DNA from: Eledone cirrhosa | Lineage: Eukaryota | Assembly: GCA_964016885.1 (NCBI GenBank) | Contig: OZ024756.1 | Location: 28,272,001-28,336,000 of the forward strand | Direction: 5' to 3' | DNA: 64,000 nt | In this document: one piece after another, positions 1 to 12,336 of the stretch | Numbering within the stretch: the stretch's first letter is position 1 | How the letters are laid out: each line of letters begins with the position of its first letter | Notes under the pieces: generated by a model | Databases searched by the model: none | What the model was told of the DNA's origin: nothing | Seen by the model: only the letters and a program-made list of their open reading frames with translations | Made by a program: the position numbers and the translations under genes

Positions 1-103
1 ATTTAAATTAATAAATTAATAAATTGGAAGTTATATTAAACTATCCACAATACGGAGTATTCACAACCTCTAACTGGATTACCTATAACGATAACTTGTT
101 ATC

Positions 104-178
<75 letters not shown>

Positions 179-305
179 AAAGTTTTATTTAAAATTGTTG
201 GGTTACAACGAGTAAATATTTTATAACTAATATAAAGCACTCAACAAGTTTTAGAGTAGATATACGATATTAAACAAATGGAAACTATATTTATAAAACC
301 ATATT

Positions 306-371
306 TATTTCATTATACATATTTCAGGGATACCATATTAAAAATATGGCATGCCTTCTTCAGATAAAATA
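306..371 (-). ncRNA. Minimal type-I hammerhead ribozyme motif (left arm of fold-back)
   Basis: TATTTTAT CTGAAGA [AGGCATGCCATAT..ATATGGTATCCCT] GAAA TATGTA TA^ ATGAAATA. Confidence 0.75.
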
Positions 372-519
372 CAATATATAAGCAGTTTTATAAATAAATT
401 TGACGTACCATAAAATATTGATCAACTTCCATTTAAAGAACCAAACCAACTTCTTTAAATGGAAGTTGATCAATATTTTATGGTACGTCAAATTTATTTA
501 TAAAACTGCTTATATATTG

Positions 520-585
520 TATTTTATCTGAAGAAGGCATGCCATATTTTTAATATGGTATCCCTGAAATATGTATGATGAAATA
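520..585 (+). ncRNA. Hammerhead motif (right arm of fold-back) with the cleavage site changed to UG
   Basis: same as 306-371 except G at 577 (N17). Confidence 0.65.
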
Positions 586-625
586 AATATGGTTTTATAA
601 ATATAGTTTCCATTTGTTTAATATC

Positions 626-717
<92 letters not shown>

Positions 718-1138
718 GGTTGACAGCTGAGAGAAAAGAGTACTCAATACCGAAACACAGTTTTAATATTCATTTTATTAAGGCTAAATAGTGAGACTTG
801 TTAACCTGATTATATGTCTGACGTGGTCCGCCTCATAGTTCACACTGGATACCCCTCAATATCTCTAGCTTCTGCAGTAGTTGCTCTAAAGACGACACAT
901 ACAGAAAAGTCTTGAAAGTGGTGGTGGTGGTGGTGGTGGTGGTGGTGGTGGCCTTCTTGTTACTGTTGCCAGCTGTTGTGGTTGTGTTTGAGATTGTGGT
1001 GGCGGTGGCAAAGCTTTGCCCTTACACTTGGAAGGGACGGAGAAATCATAACTCAACTACTACGAAAACCTGTGACAATTTTGCATATAAAAACTTTCGG
1101 TCTGCTTGGATTTATAGTTCAGTTTTCTACCATTTCTG

Positions 1139-1531
1139 TCTTCTTCTTCTTCTTCTTCTTCTTCTTCTTCTTCTTCTTGCTCTTGTTCGACAAGGCCGGG
1201 GTCATCCTCAGCCAGCGATCCCAAAGCATCGTCGTGCGTAGAGCCGACCAGATCCATCAGCGCCCTCCATCGCTGGCGGTCCCGTGCCAACACCTCTGCA
1301 TCCTACAAGGTGATGTCGAGCCTCCTGAGATCTTCCCTGATGATATCCAGCCATTTGAAACGGGCCCTCTTCCAGCCTGCAGCCACTGCGTCGAACGAGA
1401 GTAAGGCCCTAATAGGATGATCTGGTGGAAAGCAGAAGACATCTCCTTACCAGCGTACGCGGCGGGTAGCTGTGGGCTGATGAGTTCGCGCACGCAACAC
1501 TTTGTTGGAAACGTGGTGGTCCCATCTGTTT
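1139..1531 (-). mobile_element. RTE-clade LINE 3' fragment with (GAA)n tail
   Basis: ..KWLDIIREDL..ARDRQRWR..; (TTC)n at 1139-1178. Confidence 0.7.
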
Positions 1532-1555
1532 ATTCATTTTTTTTTTTTTTTTCAG

Positions 1556-1655
1556 ACCAACTTGAAGAAATCAAAAAGATACAAATGGCTAACCTCTTGT
1601 GTAGAAATGTACCAGGCTTAACTAGTGTAAAAGAGAATGCTTTTGAGATGACCTC
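1556..1655 (+). CDS. Penultimate exon of an animal heme peroxidase (peroxidasin/chorion/melanogenic peroxidase-like); upstream exons lie outside the window
   Basis: poly-T + CAG acceptor ending at 1555, GTGAGT donor at 1656; encodes (x)QLEEIKKIQMANLLCRNVPGLTSVKENAFEMT, resembling the 'QL.EI.K..LA.I.C.N' C-terminal motif of An_peroxidase domains; phase-2 end fits the next exon. Confidence 0.8.
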
Positions 1656-2429
1656 GTGAGTATTAACCTTATTATAAATACTAATATTTATAATAATGAT
1701 TTCTACTATAGGCATAAGGCCGGCAATTTGAGGGGAGGGGAAAGTCGATTAAATCGACTCCAGTGCATTGCTGGTACTTTATTTTATTGACCTTGTAAGG
1801 ATGACAGGCAAAGCTAACTTCGGCAGGATTTGCATGGTGTCTGACGCTCTACCGATACTGCCAATCCACCACCCTAATAATTGTTTCTATTTTTGGCACA
1901 AGGCCAGCAATTATTCCAGTGTATTACTGGTACTTTATTTAATCGACCCTCGTAAGGATGAAAGGCAAAGTTAACCTCGGTGGGATTTGAACTCAGAATG
2001 GCAAGGGGCGTAACTCTATGCTTGGCGTCCGACCCTACCGCCCTAATAATTTTGTAATAACGTGGGCGATGAATTGGCAGTAATTAGTAGTGCGTCAGAC
2101 ACCATGCTTCGCGGTGTAGAGTTACGGCCCTTTACTTCTGAGTGCAAATCTCGTCGAGGTTAAATTTACCTTTCATCCTTACGGGGTCGATAAAATAAAG
2201 TACCAGTAATGCTCAGCGACCTGATAGATCGTTCCTTTGTCACCCTTTTTGTATTGTTTCTTGACGTGGCATTTGATATTTTGTTTATAAATATGTAGCG
2301 AAGAAATTAATGAAACATTTTGTTGATAAGAACGGTCGTTAAGGTATGTTGATTAGTGGTTAAAGAATTGGATTCGTATTCGTGAGGTTACGAGTTCGAT
2401 TCCCGGGTGATGCGTTATATCTTTGAGCA

Positions 2430-2770
2430 AGGGCCTTGTTTCGGGGGTACCAGGGAACAAGTCCCCCCCCCCCCAAAAAAAAAAAACTTTTTCAGGGACA
2501 AACCATCTTTCTAAAAGAAAATTAATTTACTTTATATGTTTTTATTCAAACGTCTATATTTATATTTTTTGTTTATTTGATATAAATTCTTTTTAAGCTT
2601 ATTTTTTTATATCTGAACTTCATTTTAATATATAAAATTTAATTAGCGTAAAATTTTACTTATGTGATAGGGTCCGGGAAAGGTACCAGAAGCAATACTA
2701 ACAGGCTGCTTCAAGAATCAACAAATGTTGGTTTGTCCCCCTCACATTTTTAAGGCAAACGAAGCCCCTG
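2430..2770. mobile_element. Dispersed MITE-like repeat (inverted copy ~50915-51195)
   Basis: two alignable copies; ends GGGCCTTGTTT / AAACGAAGCCCCTG. Confidence 0.65.
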
Positions 2771-3229
2771 CTCTTCGGTGATGTCCTGATTAATTTTTTC
2801 AAATTTCATTTGAAAAGGAAAATCAGGGTGGAGAGGGAAGAGCTCTCTTCCCAGCAATTTGTTGACAGATGGGTGAGAGAGGCAAGCATCGCACTGCTCT
2901 GAGTATGGCTTTCTCCTCGAAAGTCTCCCCCCCTATTGGGGAATTTTCCTTTGTTTCTTTTGTCGTTTCCTTTGGGCTTTTTTTTTACATACAGAAATGC
3001 CCAATTGTACCGTCCTGTGCTGTCCTTAATGTTATATTTTATGTCAACCCTTGTGGTTAATAAAGAAAACTGTTCCTTGAGCAACACACTTTATTTTACA
3101 TCGCTCTTTCTACCAGGATTTGCGACCGGTAGATAATTTATGCAATAGGAAGACGAATGAAAATATTGTTTCTTTGATCTGATTTGACGAGATCCATCCC
3201 ACTCGGTAAGCGAATGGGGTCTGGAATCT

Positions 3230-3294
3230 TGTTGATCCATTCTCAAAAGTCTGGACAAGGTTGTTTGTGGAAGACCAGCAGTCACCCATATGCA

Positions 3295-3378
<84 letters not shown>

Positions 3379-3940
3379 TTATGTGTATGCGTGTGAATAT
3401 GTTACCTGTATGTATCCGGTTAGATCCCCAAGTGTGACCAGCCAAGATCATGGACGTTATCCAACCATCTTGCTCGTGGTCTACCCCTGGGTCTCCTACC
3501 TGTTGGTTTCGCCCGTAAAATCTGTTCATCGATTCTTTCCTGAGACATTCTAATCACCACATGTCCATAGTATCGGAGCTGTGATCTCTCAATTCGGAGA
3601 AGTAGCAGCTCTACCTGGAGTCACTCTCTGATCTCCAAGCTACAGATCTGTCCAGTGATTCTTTCCTGAGACATTCTAACCATATGCCCATAGTATCAGA
3701 GCTGTGATCTCTCAATTCGGAGAAGTAGCAGCTCTACCTGGTGTGACTCTCTGATCTCCGAGCTACATATCTGTCCAATGATTCTTTCCTGAGACATTCT
3801 AACCAGATGCCAGTAGTATCAGAGCTGTGATCTCTCAATTTGGAGAAGTAGCAGCTCTACCTGGTGTGACTCTCTAATCTCCGAGCTACATATCTGTCCA
3901 GTTCCAGTGATTCTTTCCTTAGACATTCTAACCACATGCC
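3230..3940 (-). mobile_element. RTE fragment containing a ~122-bp unit repeated about 3.5 times, interrupted by (TG)n
   Basis: unit encodes RIERSQLRYYGHV..MSQER; related pieces at ~26130-26210, 28370-28800, 51420-51730. Confidence 0.7.
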
Positions 3941-4047
3941 TATATTACAGTTAACTTTTACAAATCTTATTTCTGTTTTCGCTTTTCATTTGCCTTTATT
4001 ATGTTAATTTATTTACGTTTTTTTTTTTTTTCTTAATCTTTTCCTAG

Positions 4048-4390
4048 GCCGGATATCGCATGCTCTACTTTAACAGACATCGATTTTTGTAAATATGCCA
4101 ATTATGCCAGAGAATGGACGCCATTTACAAGTTCAGAAATATGCATTTTTCTGAAAATAAAGTCTCGAATATGTCTATCACTTAATCCGTTAGTGTGTAA
4201 TTGCGAAGGAGATCCAATTGTAGTCGAAAGTTGCCCTGGAAACCTACTAACTTTAGAAATGCAACAGAAGTTGTACAACTTTAATAAACTAATTAACTCT
4301 TACTCTTTTCTGCGTGACTATGCACAACATGGAAATACAGACGAATTAGAGAAACAAATCAAAATGTTGTATTCCATGATGATGCCCTGA
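4048..4390 (+). CDS. Terminal exon of the heme peroxidase gene (end of peroxidase domain, Cys-rich TSP1-like segment, C-terminal tail)
   Basis: poly-T...TTCCTAG acceptor; in-frame join TC|G; open frame PDIACSTLTDIDFCKYANYAREWTPF...KSRICLSLNPLVCNCEGDPIVVESC...MMMP*; 'C..L..ID' is the usual peroxidase-domain end. Confidence 0.75.
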
Positions 4391-4411
4391 GAGTAATTAA
4401 AACAGCAGCAA

Positions 4412-4468
<57 letters not shown>

Positions 4469-6059
4469 AGTAATAAATGTTAAACTATAAAATTTTAACA
4501 AAAAATGGGAAATAGAAAAGATATTCAAGGACGTAAAAATCAGTTGAGTGACTTGGTTAAGAGAGTGGGACTGGCTTTGTGCAGTGCCTTTGCTCACTAT
4601 AAAAGCCTCACGGCACAGGGACATAGAAATAGTCGGGCTGGACACACGATCGCGCGGTTAAATCCCTGGAAGTGAAGGACACCTAGCCTTTGTCAGGGCA
4701 TTCTTCTAGGAGAAGGCAACTCTGGAAACTGGGATAACTCCGACATAAAACCTGCGGCTCAGTAGTTACCGATGATGTTGATCTTTTCTTCTTTTCAGGT
4801 TATAGCTACTGTCGCTCAGAGAATGGGATTGGCTCAGTGCACAGTCTTTCCTCACTTTAAAAAAAATCTTCACGCACAGGCATTGCACAATAAAATTAAT
4901 TAATAATTATTAATAATGGTATATTGTACAATGGCCATACTCGATAACGAGGGGGCAGCCATCATGTATGTATGTACGTACGTATCCAATTTATCCAAAA
5001 GTGTAATCCATTGGGCCAAATTATCCGAATGTTGTACGTGTTTATGGTCAGAGAGCATAAATTAAAAACATTTCAACCAATTCTATCAATAAATTTTCAA
5101 CTGTAATAGAAGCGTATGTCTAATAAAACGTTATAAATTGCCTCACGCCTTCATTGATTAGTATTTATTGTTGTTGTTGTTATTGTATTTTGACAGTATC
5201 GGTAGAGCGTCAGACACCATGCTTTGTAGCATAGAGTTATGGCGCTTTGCGCTCTGTATTGTTGTTGTTATTGTATTTTGACAGTATCGGTAGAGCGTCA
5301 GACACCATGCTTTGCAGTATAGAGTTATGGCCCTTTTACGTTCTGTATTGTTGTTATTGTATTTTGACAGTATCGGAAGAGCGTCAGACACCATGCTTTG
5401 CAGCATAGAGTTATGGCCCTTTATGCTCTGAGTTCAAATCCCGCCGAGGTTAACTTTGCCTTTCATCCTTACGGGGTCGATAAATAAATTACCAGTAACA
5501 CACTCTGATCAATTTAATCAACTTTCCCCTTCTCTCCAAATTGCTGGCCTTATACCTATAGTAGAAATTATCGGGCTGTGGATTGGCAGTATCGGTAGAG
5601 TGTCAGACACCGTGCTTTACAGCATAGAGTTACGGCCCTTTACGGTCTGAGTTCAAATCCCGCCGAGGTTAACTTTGCTTTTCATCCTTACGGGGGGTTG
5701 ATAAAATAAAGCACCAGTAATACACTGGTGTCGATTTTGTCGACTTTCCCTTAAAAAATTGTTGGCCTTGTGCCTAAATATACACACATATCGGTTGTGA
5801 AGGGTAACTTGGAAAGCAGGGTATTCAGTTCAGTCGCCATGGAGGGGAGTGGGCCTGTGAAGCCTTAACCTCCCATTCGATATTAGATGCTTCTCTACCT
5901 GTATTTACCACTTGTTCTATGGCACTTGTCCAAGTAAATACATTTTTATAATTTCAATCTAACAATTAACAAAAAATATATTTCATTGTTATATTTGGTG
6001 GTGATGGTGGTGGTGGTGGTGTGTGTGTGTGTGGGGGGGGGGGGGGGGATGCCCTAATA

Positions 6060-6460
6060 TTGCCAAAAATAGTAAAATACACTCACTGTTTGGTTTTCGC
6101 GAAATATCAAGACAACATAACCCTCCCCATGTCAATGTGAATGAACAACCAAGCATAGATGAGTTGAGAGAGAAACTGTGTATAAGAGGGATAAGCTGTA
6201 GTGTGCGGGAGAGAAGACTGTGATGGTATGGACATGTGAAGCTCATGGAGGATGACCACTGGGTAAAGAAGAGCCAAGAAATCTCAGTAGAGGAAGACCA
6301 CGAAAATCATGGGCAGAGGTGGTGAGAGCTGACCTCAAATCGCTGAAGCTCACAGAGATGACAAAGGACCGTGATGAATGGAGCAATGCCATGTTGAATA
6401 GGACCCTTCCCACCCTTGCAAGCAGGGAAAAGCGGACGTAAAATGATGAAGATGATGATC
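6060..6460 (+). mobile_element. RTE 3' fragment with (GAT)n tail; same family at 22570-23215 and 49190-49320
   Basis: IDELREKLCIRGI..RRL*WYGHV..; shared 3' end CCCACCCTTGCAAGCAGGGAAAAGCGGACGTAAAATGATG. Confidence 0.75.
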
Positions 6461-6689
6461 TGTTTCAACACATGATTTCATATCAAAAACCTTGCAAAAC
6501 AAACACATAAATAAATCCAAAACAAACACATCGCTGCCGTATATATATCAGATATTCCTTTTAATTAAAAGTTTCTCTTTATATTGGCGGAAAATTAGCA
6601 AAGTCATTAGAGCATATGACAAAATCTCTAGGGCGGGTAAAAATACCGAGATCCGTGGACGAGTTCTCTCCAGCAGTCTCTGTCCCTAA

Positions 6690-7675
6690 TTATCACTGCC
6701 ATGTCCTGCGTCTCCAAGAGACTAGTGTCTGTCCTTAGCATCAACATATGTTAATCTCGGTCTTCCTCTTCCAGTATGTCCATGCAGGGGCTCCCACAGG
6801 AGCACTGAGTATAGTGTCAACTCTGGATGTCGGTGAGCATGTCCAGCTAACCTCAGTCTCTTCTGTGCCACTCTCAAACTGACTTTTGGGAGGCTCCCGT
6901 ACAGCTCTAACTTCTTCATCCTCAGTGTATACTGATTAATGTTCAGAGCCATCCTCAGCATTCTTGTGTAGCACCCATCCACCATTGAGTTTCTTGGTCA
7001 GTGTCCAAGTCTCAGACCCATACAGCAGCACAGACTCCACTACAGCAACGAAGAGATGGATCTTCAGATCTTCACAAAGGTCCGACTTCCACACCGATCT
7101 CAAGCTGTGGCACGCCGCCCAGGCTTTGCTCTTCCTCTCGACCACATCATCTTCCGTGTTCCCAATCTTTGCTCCCAAATACAGGAAGTCCTCAACCAAT
7201 TCTAGCGGCTTCCCGCCTACATTGATTGTGGACTGTCACTACCTGATGAAGATCTTACAGGCTTATGGAATCCACAAGAAGATAGTGGACCTGATATCAC
7301 TGCTCTACACCAAAGCCCAAATCATTACACCTGATGGGATGACAGAGTTCTTTGAGATACTGGCTGGAGTGCTCCAGGGAGATACATTGGCTCCCTACCT
7401 TTTTATCATCGCCGTGGACTATTGTATGCACCTTGCACTGGAGAAACACCAGGACTCTGGCTTTACTCTAACACCGGCTCAGAGCAGGAGAGTTAAGGCG
7501 AAAAAGATATCAGATGCTGAATTTGCCGACGACATAGTTCTGGTGACAAACATAGTGAAGGAGGCAGAGGATTTGATGCAGGAGGTGGAGACTGTGTCGA
7601 TGAGTGTAGGGCTGAGAATGAATGAGATTAAGACGAAGTATCTGATAGAGAATATTAAGAAGCTAGAGAAGATTA
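6690..7675. mobile_element. RTE LINE with internal inversion
   Basis: 7228-7675 (+) RT core GVLQGDTLAPYLF..FADD; 7225-6690 (-) downstream region DFLYLG..LLYGSETW..GRGRPR. Confidence 0.85.
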
Positions 7676-9437
7676 GTAATATCACAAAATATCTTGCAGT
7701 ATTACAGAGCATTCTGAGTTCAAAATTCCAGTGGCCAATTTTGGGTGGTAGAATCAAGTTGACACCCAGTTAACACCATCACCTGGTTCTTGGGTACTTT
7801 TTACGAGAGTTCCCTCTGTTGGAAGCATTTGAACCAAGTCTCTTTGTTTGAGGACATCTTCCTTCCACCACCACCCCTTCATTCCATTCTGAAACAAGCC
7901 ATGGACACTGCTCATCTCTCTCTGATTAAACAGTAAAAACAAACACGCAAAATATACAGAAAATTCCAGATGAAAATCCAATATTTTATTTACAAATAGC
8001 AGAGGTACCCGGCGTTGCTCGGGTATTAAATAACAGTCGTGTGTATGTATATATATGCGTGTATATGTATATACGTATGTGTATGTGTGTGTCTCTATAT
8101 ATATAAATATATATAAATATGTATGTATTATGTGTATGTGTTATATGTATATATGCATATGTACGTATGTATGTACATATGTGTATTTATGTGTTCCATT
8201 CAGTGTTAATGAATGACTTTACAGTTAAGTTCTTTCTTTTTTGTTTTTCATCATCATGTCAAAGGAGAGGAGTACACCAGCCCTCAAAAGAGAAGTGTGG
8301 GTAAGTAAGGATCTAGTGATGTGTTTACTATAGACCTTTATAGTTGACAACCAGTCTATGGCAGCAATAGAATAAGTGTGATGAGGGCTCAATCTTGTTT
8401 TTTTGTGATAAGGTGTCATCATTATTTTTATGAATTCATTTATTTGGATAAGCACTATCATGGTTGTTATAATCAACATGCAATGTTGTCGTTGTTGTTG
8501 TTGTTGCACCTTTTGGTGTTCATTAATGTATTATTAATGTATTATATATACATATATATATATATATATCTGTAGCAGCCGATAGCTACTTCTTTTTCTG
8601 ACTTTAACACTTTAGCATTTAAACTGGCCGTATCCGGCCGGAATTCTCTCACTTCTTTCTGTTCAAACCAGCTGTAACCAGCTGCACCTATTGATGTTAA
8701 GGTATTGTACTCAAAATAAATAATATCAAAATCTCATACATTCAATATTATGTGAGATAATTATGTGAAGTAAAGCCACTGTTGGCGCAGCAAGGGAGAA
8801 ATAGCAGGTGATGTGTTGTTATGGAGTCCATCTCATGGAGCAAGAAACGCTGGTCGTCCCAAGAAGACATACGTCAAGCAACTTGAGGACGATACTGGAT
8901 GCACTGCGGAAGAACTGGCAAACGCTATGAGAGACAGAGATGGATGGAGGAAACGTGTCGTAGAAAGCCGAGCAAGCTCAACCTGATGATGAAAGCTTTT
9001 ACCTAATGATTTCTGATTTAGGCACAAGGCCAACAATTTTTTTTTCGCGGGGGGGGGGGGGGGGTCGTTTAAATCTACCCCAGTGCATTACTGGTACTTT
9101 ATTTTATCGACCCAATCCTGTAAGCATGAAAGACAATGCTAACCTCGGCAGGATTTAAACACAGAACATAAAGAGTCATAACTCTATGCAATAAAGCATG
9201 TTGTCCGACACTCTACCGATTCAACTGCCCTCACAAGATATTGAAATAATAGATCCAGTATTGTCAGTAAGATAATCAAACTACGACATTCGTAGAACAA
9301 GTTGTACTCAAAGTCTTCTTCTTATGGTAGCTACAATGGAGAACTAAACAGTAAATTAATGTTTCTTTGTGTGATAATGGAAACACCAACAATAACAGAG
9401 GTTGTATCTCTCCAATCTTCAATAAACTCCAATATTC

Positions 9438-9480
9438 TCATTCTAACTGCATCATAGAATTAATTACATTTTCAAACGAC
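9438..9480 (-). CDS. TRAPPC2L: TRAPPC2L exon 5 (terminal; spliced CDS 417 nt, 138 aa)
   Basis: long pyrimidine tract + CAG; (K)SFENVINSMMQLE*, comparable to vertebrate AFDNMVTSMMIQVC. Confidence 0.9.
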
Positions 9481-10326
9481 CTGAAAAAAAGAAACAAAGA
9501 AAAGAAAAAAGAAAGAAAAAAAAATTAGAAATTTTATTTCAAACATTAATGATTTAATCCTTTCATGACCACATTTCTAATGAAATAAACTATTTCAATT
9601 AGTTAACCCTTTAGTTACTAATCTGGCCCAAACCAGCTGTGGTTCCATTTTAAAGATTTCCAATTTAAATAAAAATCTTCCAATATAATTTTATATAAGA
9701 AAGAACCTTACATTCAAGTTTCTATCTTACTAATGATATAAATAATAATTTTCGTAATTCCCTTGAAATCCTTCTTAATTGATTAATTAAAATAGAGTGT
9801 ATTTCATTAGAAATGCAGTCATGATTAATTAATGATGAATTTTGAGGATTGACTAAAATTATCAATTATTTCATTACAAAGTTAGTAACTTAATATAAGG
9901 TTCTTATATAAAATTATGTTGGAAGATTTTAATTTAAATTAGAAAACTTTAAAATGAGTGGTTTTATTTCATAGAATCAGAGCCAGTTTTGGATGGGTTG
10001 ACAACAAAAGGGTTTAAATGAGTGGTTTTGGTTTCATAGAAACATGTTTGGCCAGGTTGGCATCAAAAAAGTTAATCATATCAAGAGTTTTATTTAACCA
10101 TTTTGATTCCAAGCTGCCTGAAACCACCCTAGTTTTCTAATACAAATCTTCTGTGTCATTAAAATTTAACATCTGTCTTCCCTCTTAGCAAGGGTTGGAC
10201 AAATCTTCACAGATTGAGTCAGTACTCAAGCACTACTAGAGACTTCACAGATGAGCCAGGAGCCTATATCTTACTTATAGTTATCTCTAAACCTTACACC
10301 ATAATTTAATATAAAAACTTTCGTTG

Positions 10327-11306
10327 CTGTATATACTATGTGACCAAACAATTACTCGAATATAAACCAAGGAATCATCATCACCTTTTATTCCATTCTT
10401 CCACGCTAGCATGGGTTAGACAGGTTGTCCTGTTGTGGGCAGTGTCTGGTCGGCTGACCTTGTCTTGCTCATACGGGAACTGATTATGGCTTGATTTCTA
10501 CAGCTGGATCCCCTTCCTAACACCAACCTCATTTACAGTGAGTGCTGGGTGCTTTTTTCCGTGGCGCCTACACGTCCACTTTACACTGTGGACTGGGTGC
10601 TTTTTTGCCATGGCACCTCCACGACCACTTTGCAGTGGGAGGGGGTGGGTGTATATTGTCTATATGCTTCAGCTTCGGCTCGTAACCGTGGGAAGTCGGC
10701 AAAAAATTAGTTGAATATAAGCCAAGGAATATGGGACCAAAAAATTACTTGAATGTAAGTCAAAGAATATGTGACCAAAAAATTACTCAGATATAAGCTG
10801 AGGAATATGTGACCAAAATATTACACGAATATAAGCTGAGGAATATGTGACCAAAAAATTACTTGAATATAAGCCGAGGAATGTGTGACCAAAAAGTTAC
10901 TCGAATATAAGCTGAGGAATATGTGACCAAAATATTACTCGGATATAAGCTGAGGAATATGTGACCAAAAAATGACTGAAATATAAACTGAGGAACATGT
11001 GACCAAAATATTACTTGAATATAAACCGAGGAATATGTAACAAAAAAAATTACTTGAATATAAGCCGAGGAATATGTGACCAAAAAATTACTTAAATATA
11101 AACCGAGGAATATGTGACCAAAATATTACTTGAATAAAAGCCAAAGAATATGTGACAAAAACATTGATGGTAAAATGGGAGGTTGGCTTATATATGCCAT
11201 CTAAACAGTGTTGATTAGCTGCCTTGGTTTAAAAATGGGGTCTGGAGTTTTGCCCATTTCTTATACATAAAATAGTGGAGTCGGATTATATTCAAGTATA
11301 TACAGT
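10327..11306. mobile_element. Tc1/pogo-like MITE with an internal 38-bp tandem array (~10700-11160)
   Basis: ends CTGTATATAC..ACTCGAATATAA / TTATATTCAAGTATATACAGTA; related pieces at 12120-12230 and 13570-13593. Confidence 0.6.
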
Positions 11307-12336
11307 AATGTAGGCAGCAAATTGGCAGAATCGTTAGAACATCGGATAGAATGCTTTATTATATTCGTTCTGGCTCTCTGCTCTCAGAGTTCAAATCTCA
11401 CCAATGTCAACTTGGCCTTTCATCCTTTCAAGGTCGATAAAAAAGTACCAGTCGGTTCTGGGGTCGATTCTTCCTCTATATCTCTTCCCCATTTCCTCTC
11501 TCTCACTTTTTATCTTTCTCTGAAAGAAATCTGCTGTACTCAGGCCGGGAGAGGGATGGGTTCCGCCAAGCTTAAAATGCCCAATAAACGCTGTATGTCA
11601 ATACGGCGCTCCTACGACTCTATCAGGAGTTACGGGACCTTACATACATACACAGTAATAATTCAATTTCAATTCTTGATGGTTTTCAAATTGATTTCAA
11701 AATTACAGTGTCTTTCAGCATAATATATACCAAGATATAAATTCACAGATATTTTACTAAATCTCTATCCACAATCTTGTTCATATTAGCCCTTTCATTA
11801 ATATATTTCTAACAAAAAAAAGAAACAGTGTTTATGATTTCCAAATCATTTTTAAAATAGTCAAGAATTTGGAAGGATTTAGTAATATAACTAACTTTCT
11901 TATTATTAATGTAATTTGGAACATAAAGATTCTTGCATAAAATTATGATACAAGCTTTTTAGATGGAAAAATGGACGTTAAACGGTGATGATGACGAAAC
12001 ACTTTAAAATAAGCGTTTTTATCATATAACTAGATTCAGTTTCAGGCAGTTTGGTAACAAAAGGGTTAAGCATTAATAGAAATGCATAAAAGCAGTAATT
12101 AAAAATATGGTCAGAAAATATATATTCAAATATAAGCCTACATCCGCTATATCATATCTGAGATATAGGCAAAAATTAAAACCCATTTATAAACTGGGGC
12201 AGCTAATCAACACATTGTTTAGATGGAATATCCTTTAGCATGCTTGTAATTTTTAGGAGTTGTTTCCCTTGACCCAGCATTAATTATTAAGAGGAGATTA
12301 TTCTATGGTACATTTTGTGAGGTCAGTGCTCTAAAG

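Larger units (their letters stand above)
175..631. mobile_element. Fold-back element between two (TA)n tracts, probably Penelope-derived
   Basis: arms 260-440 and 451-631 with one mismatch, 10-nt spacer; flanked by (TA)n 107-174 and ~630-710; partial relative at 57348-57498. Confidence 0.8.
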
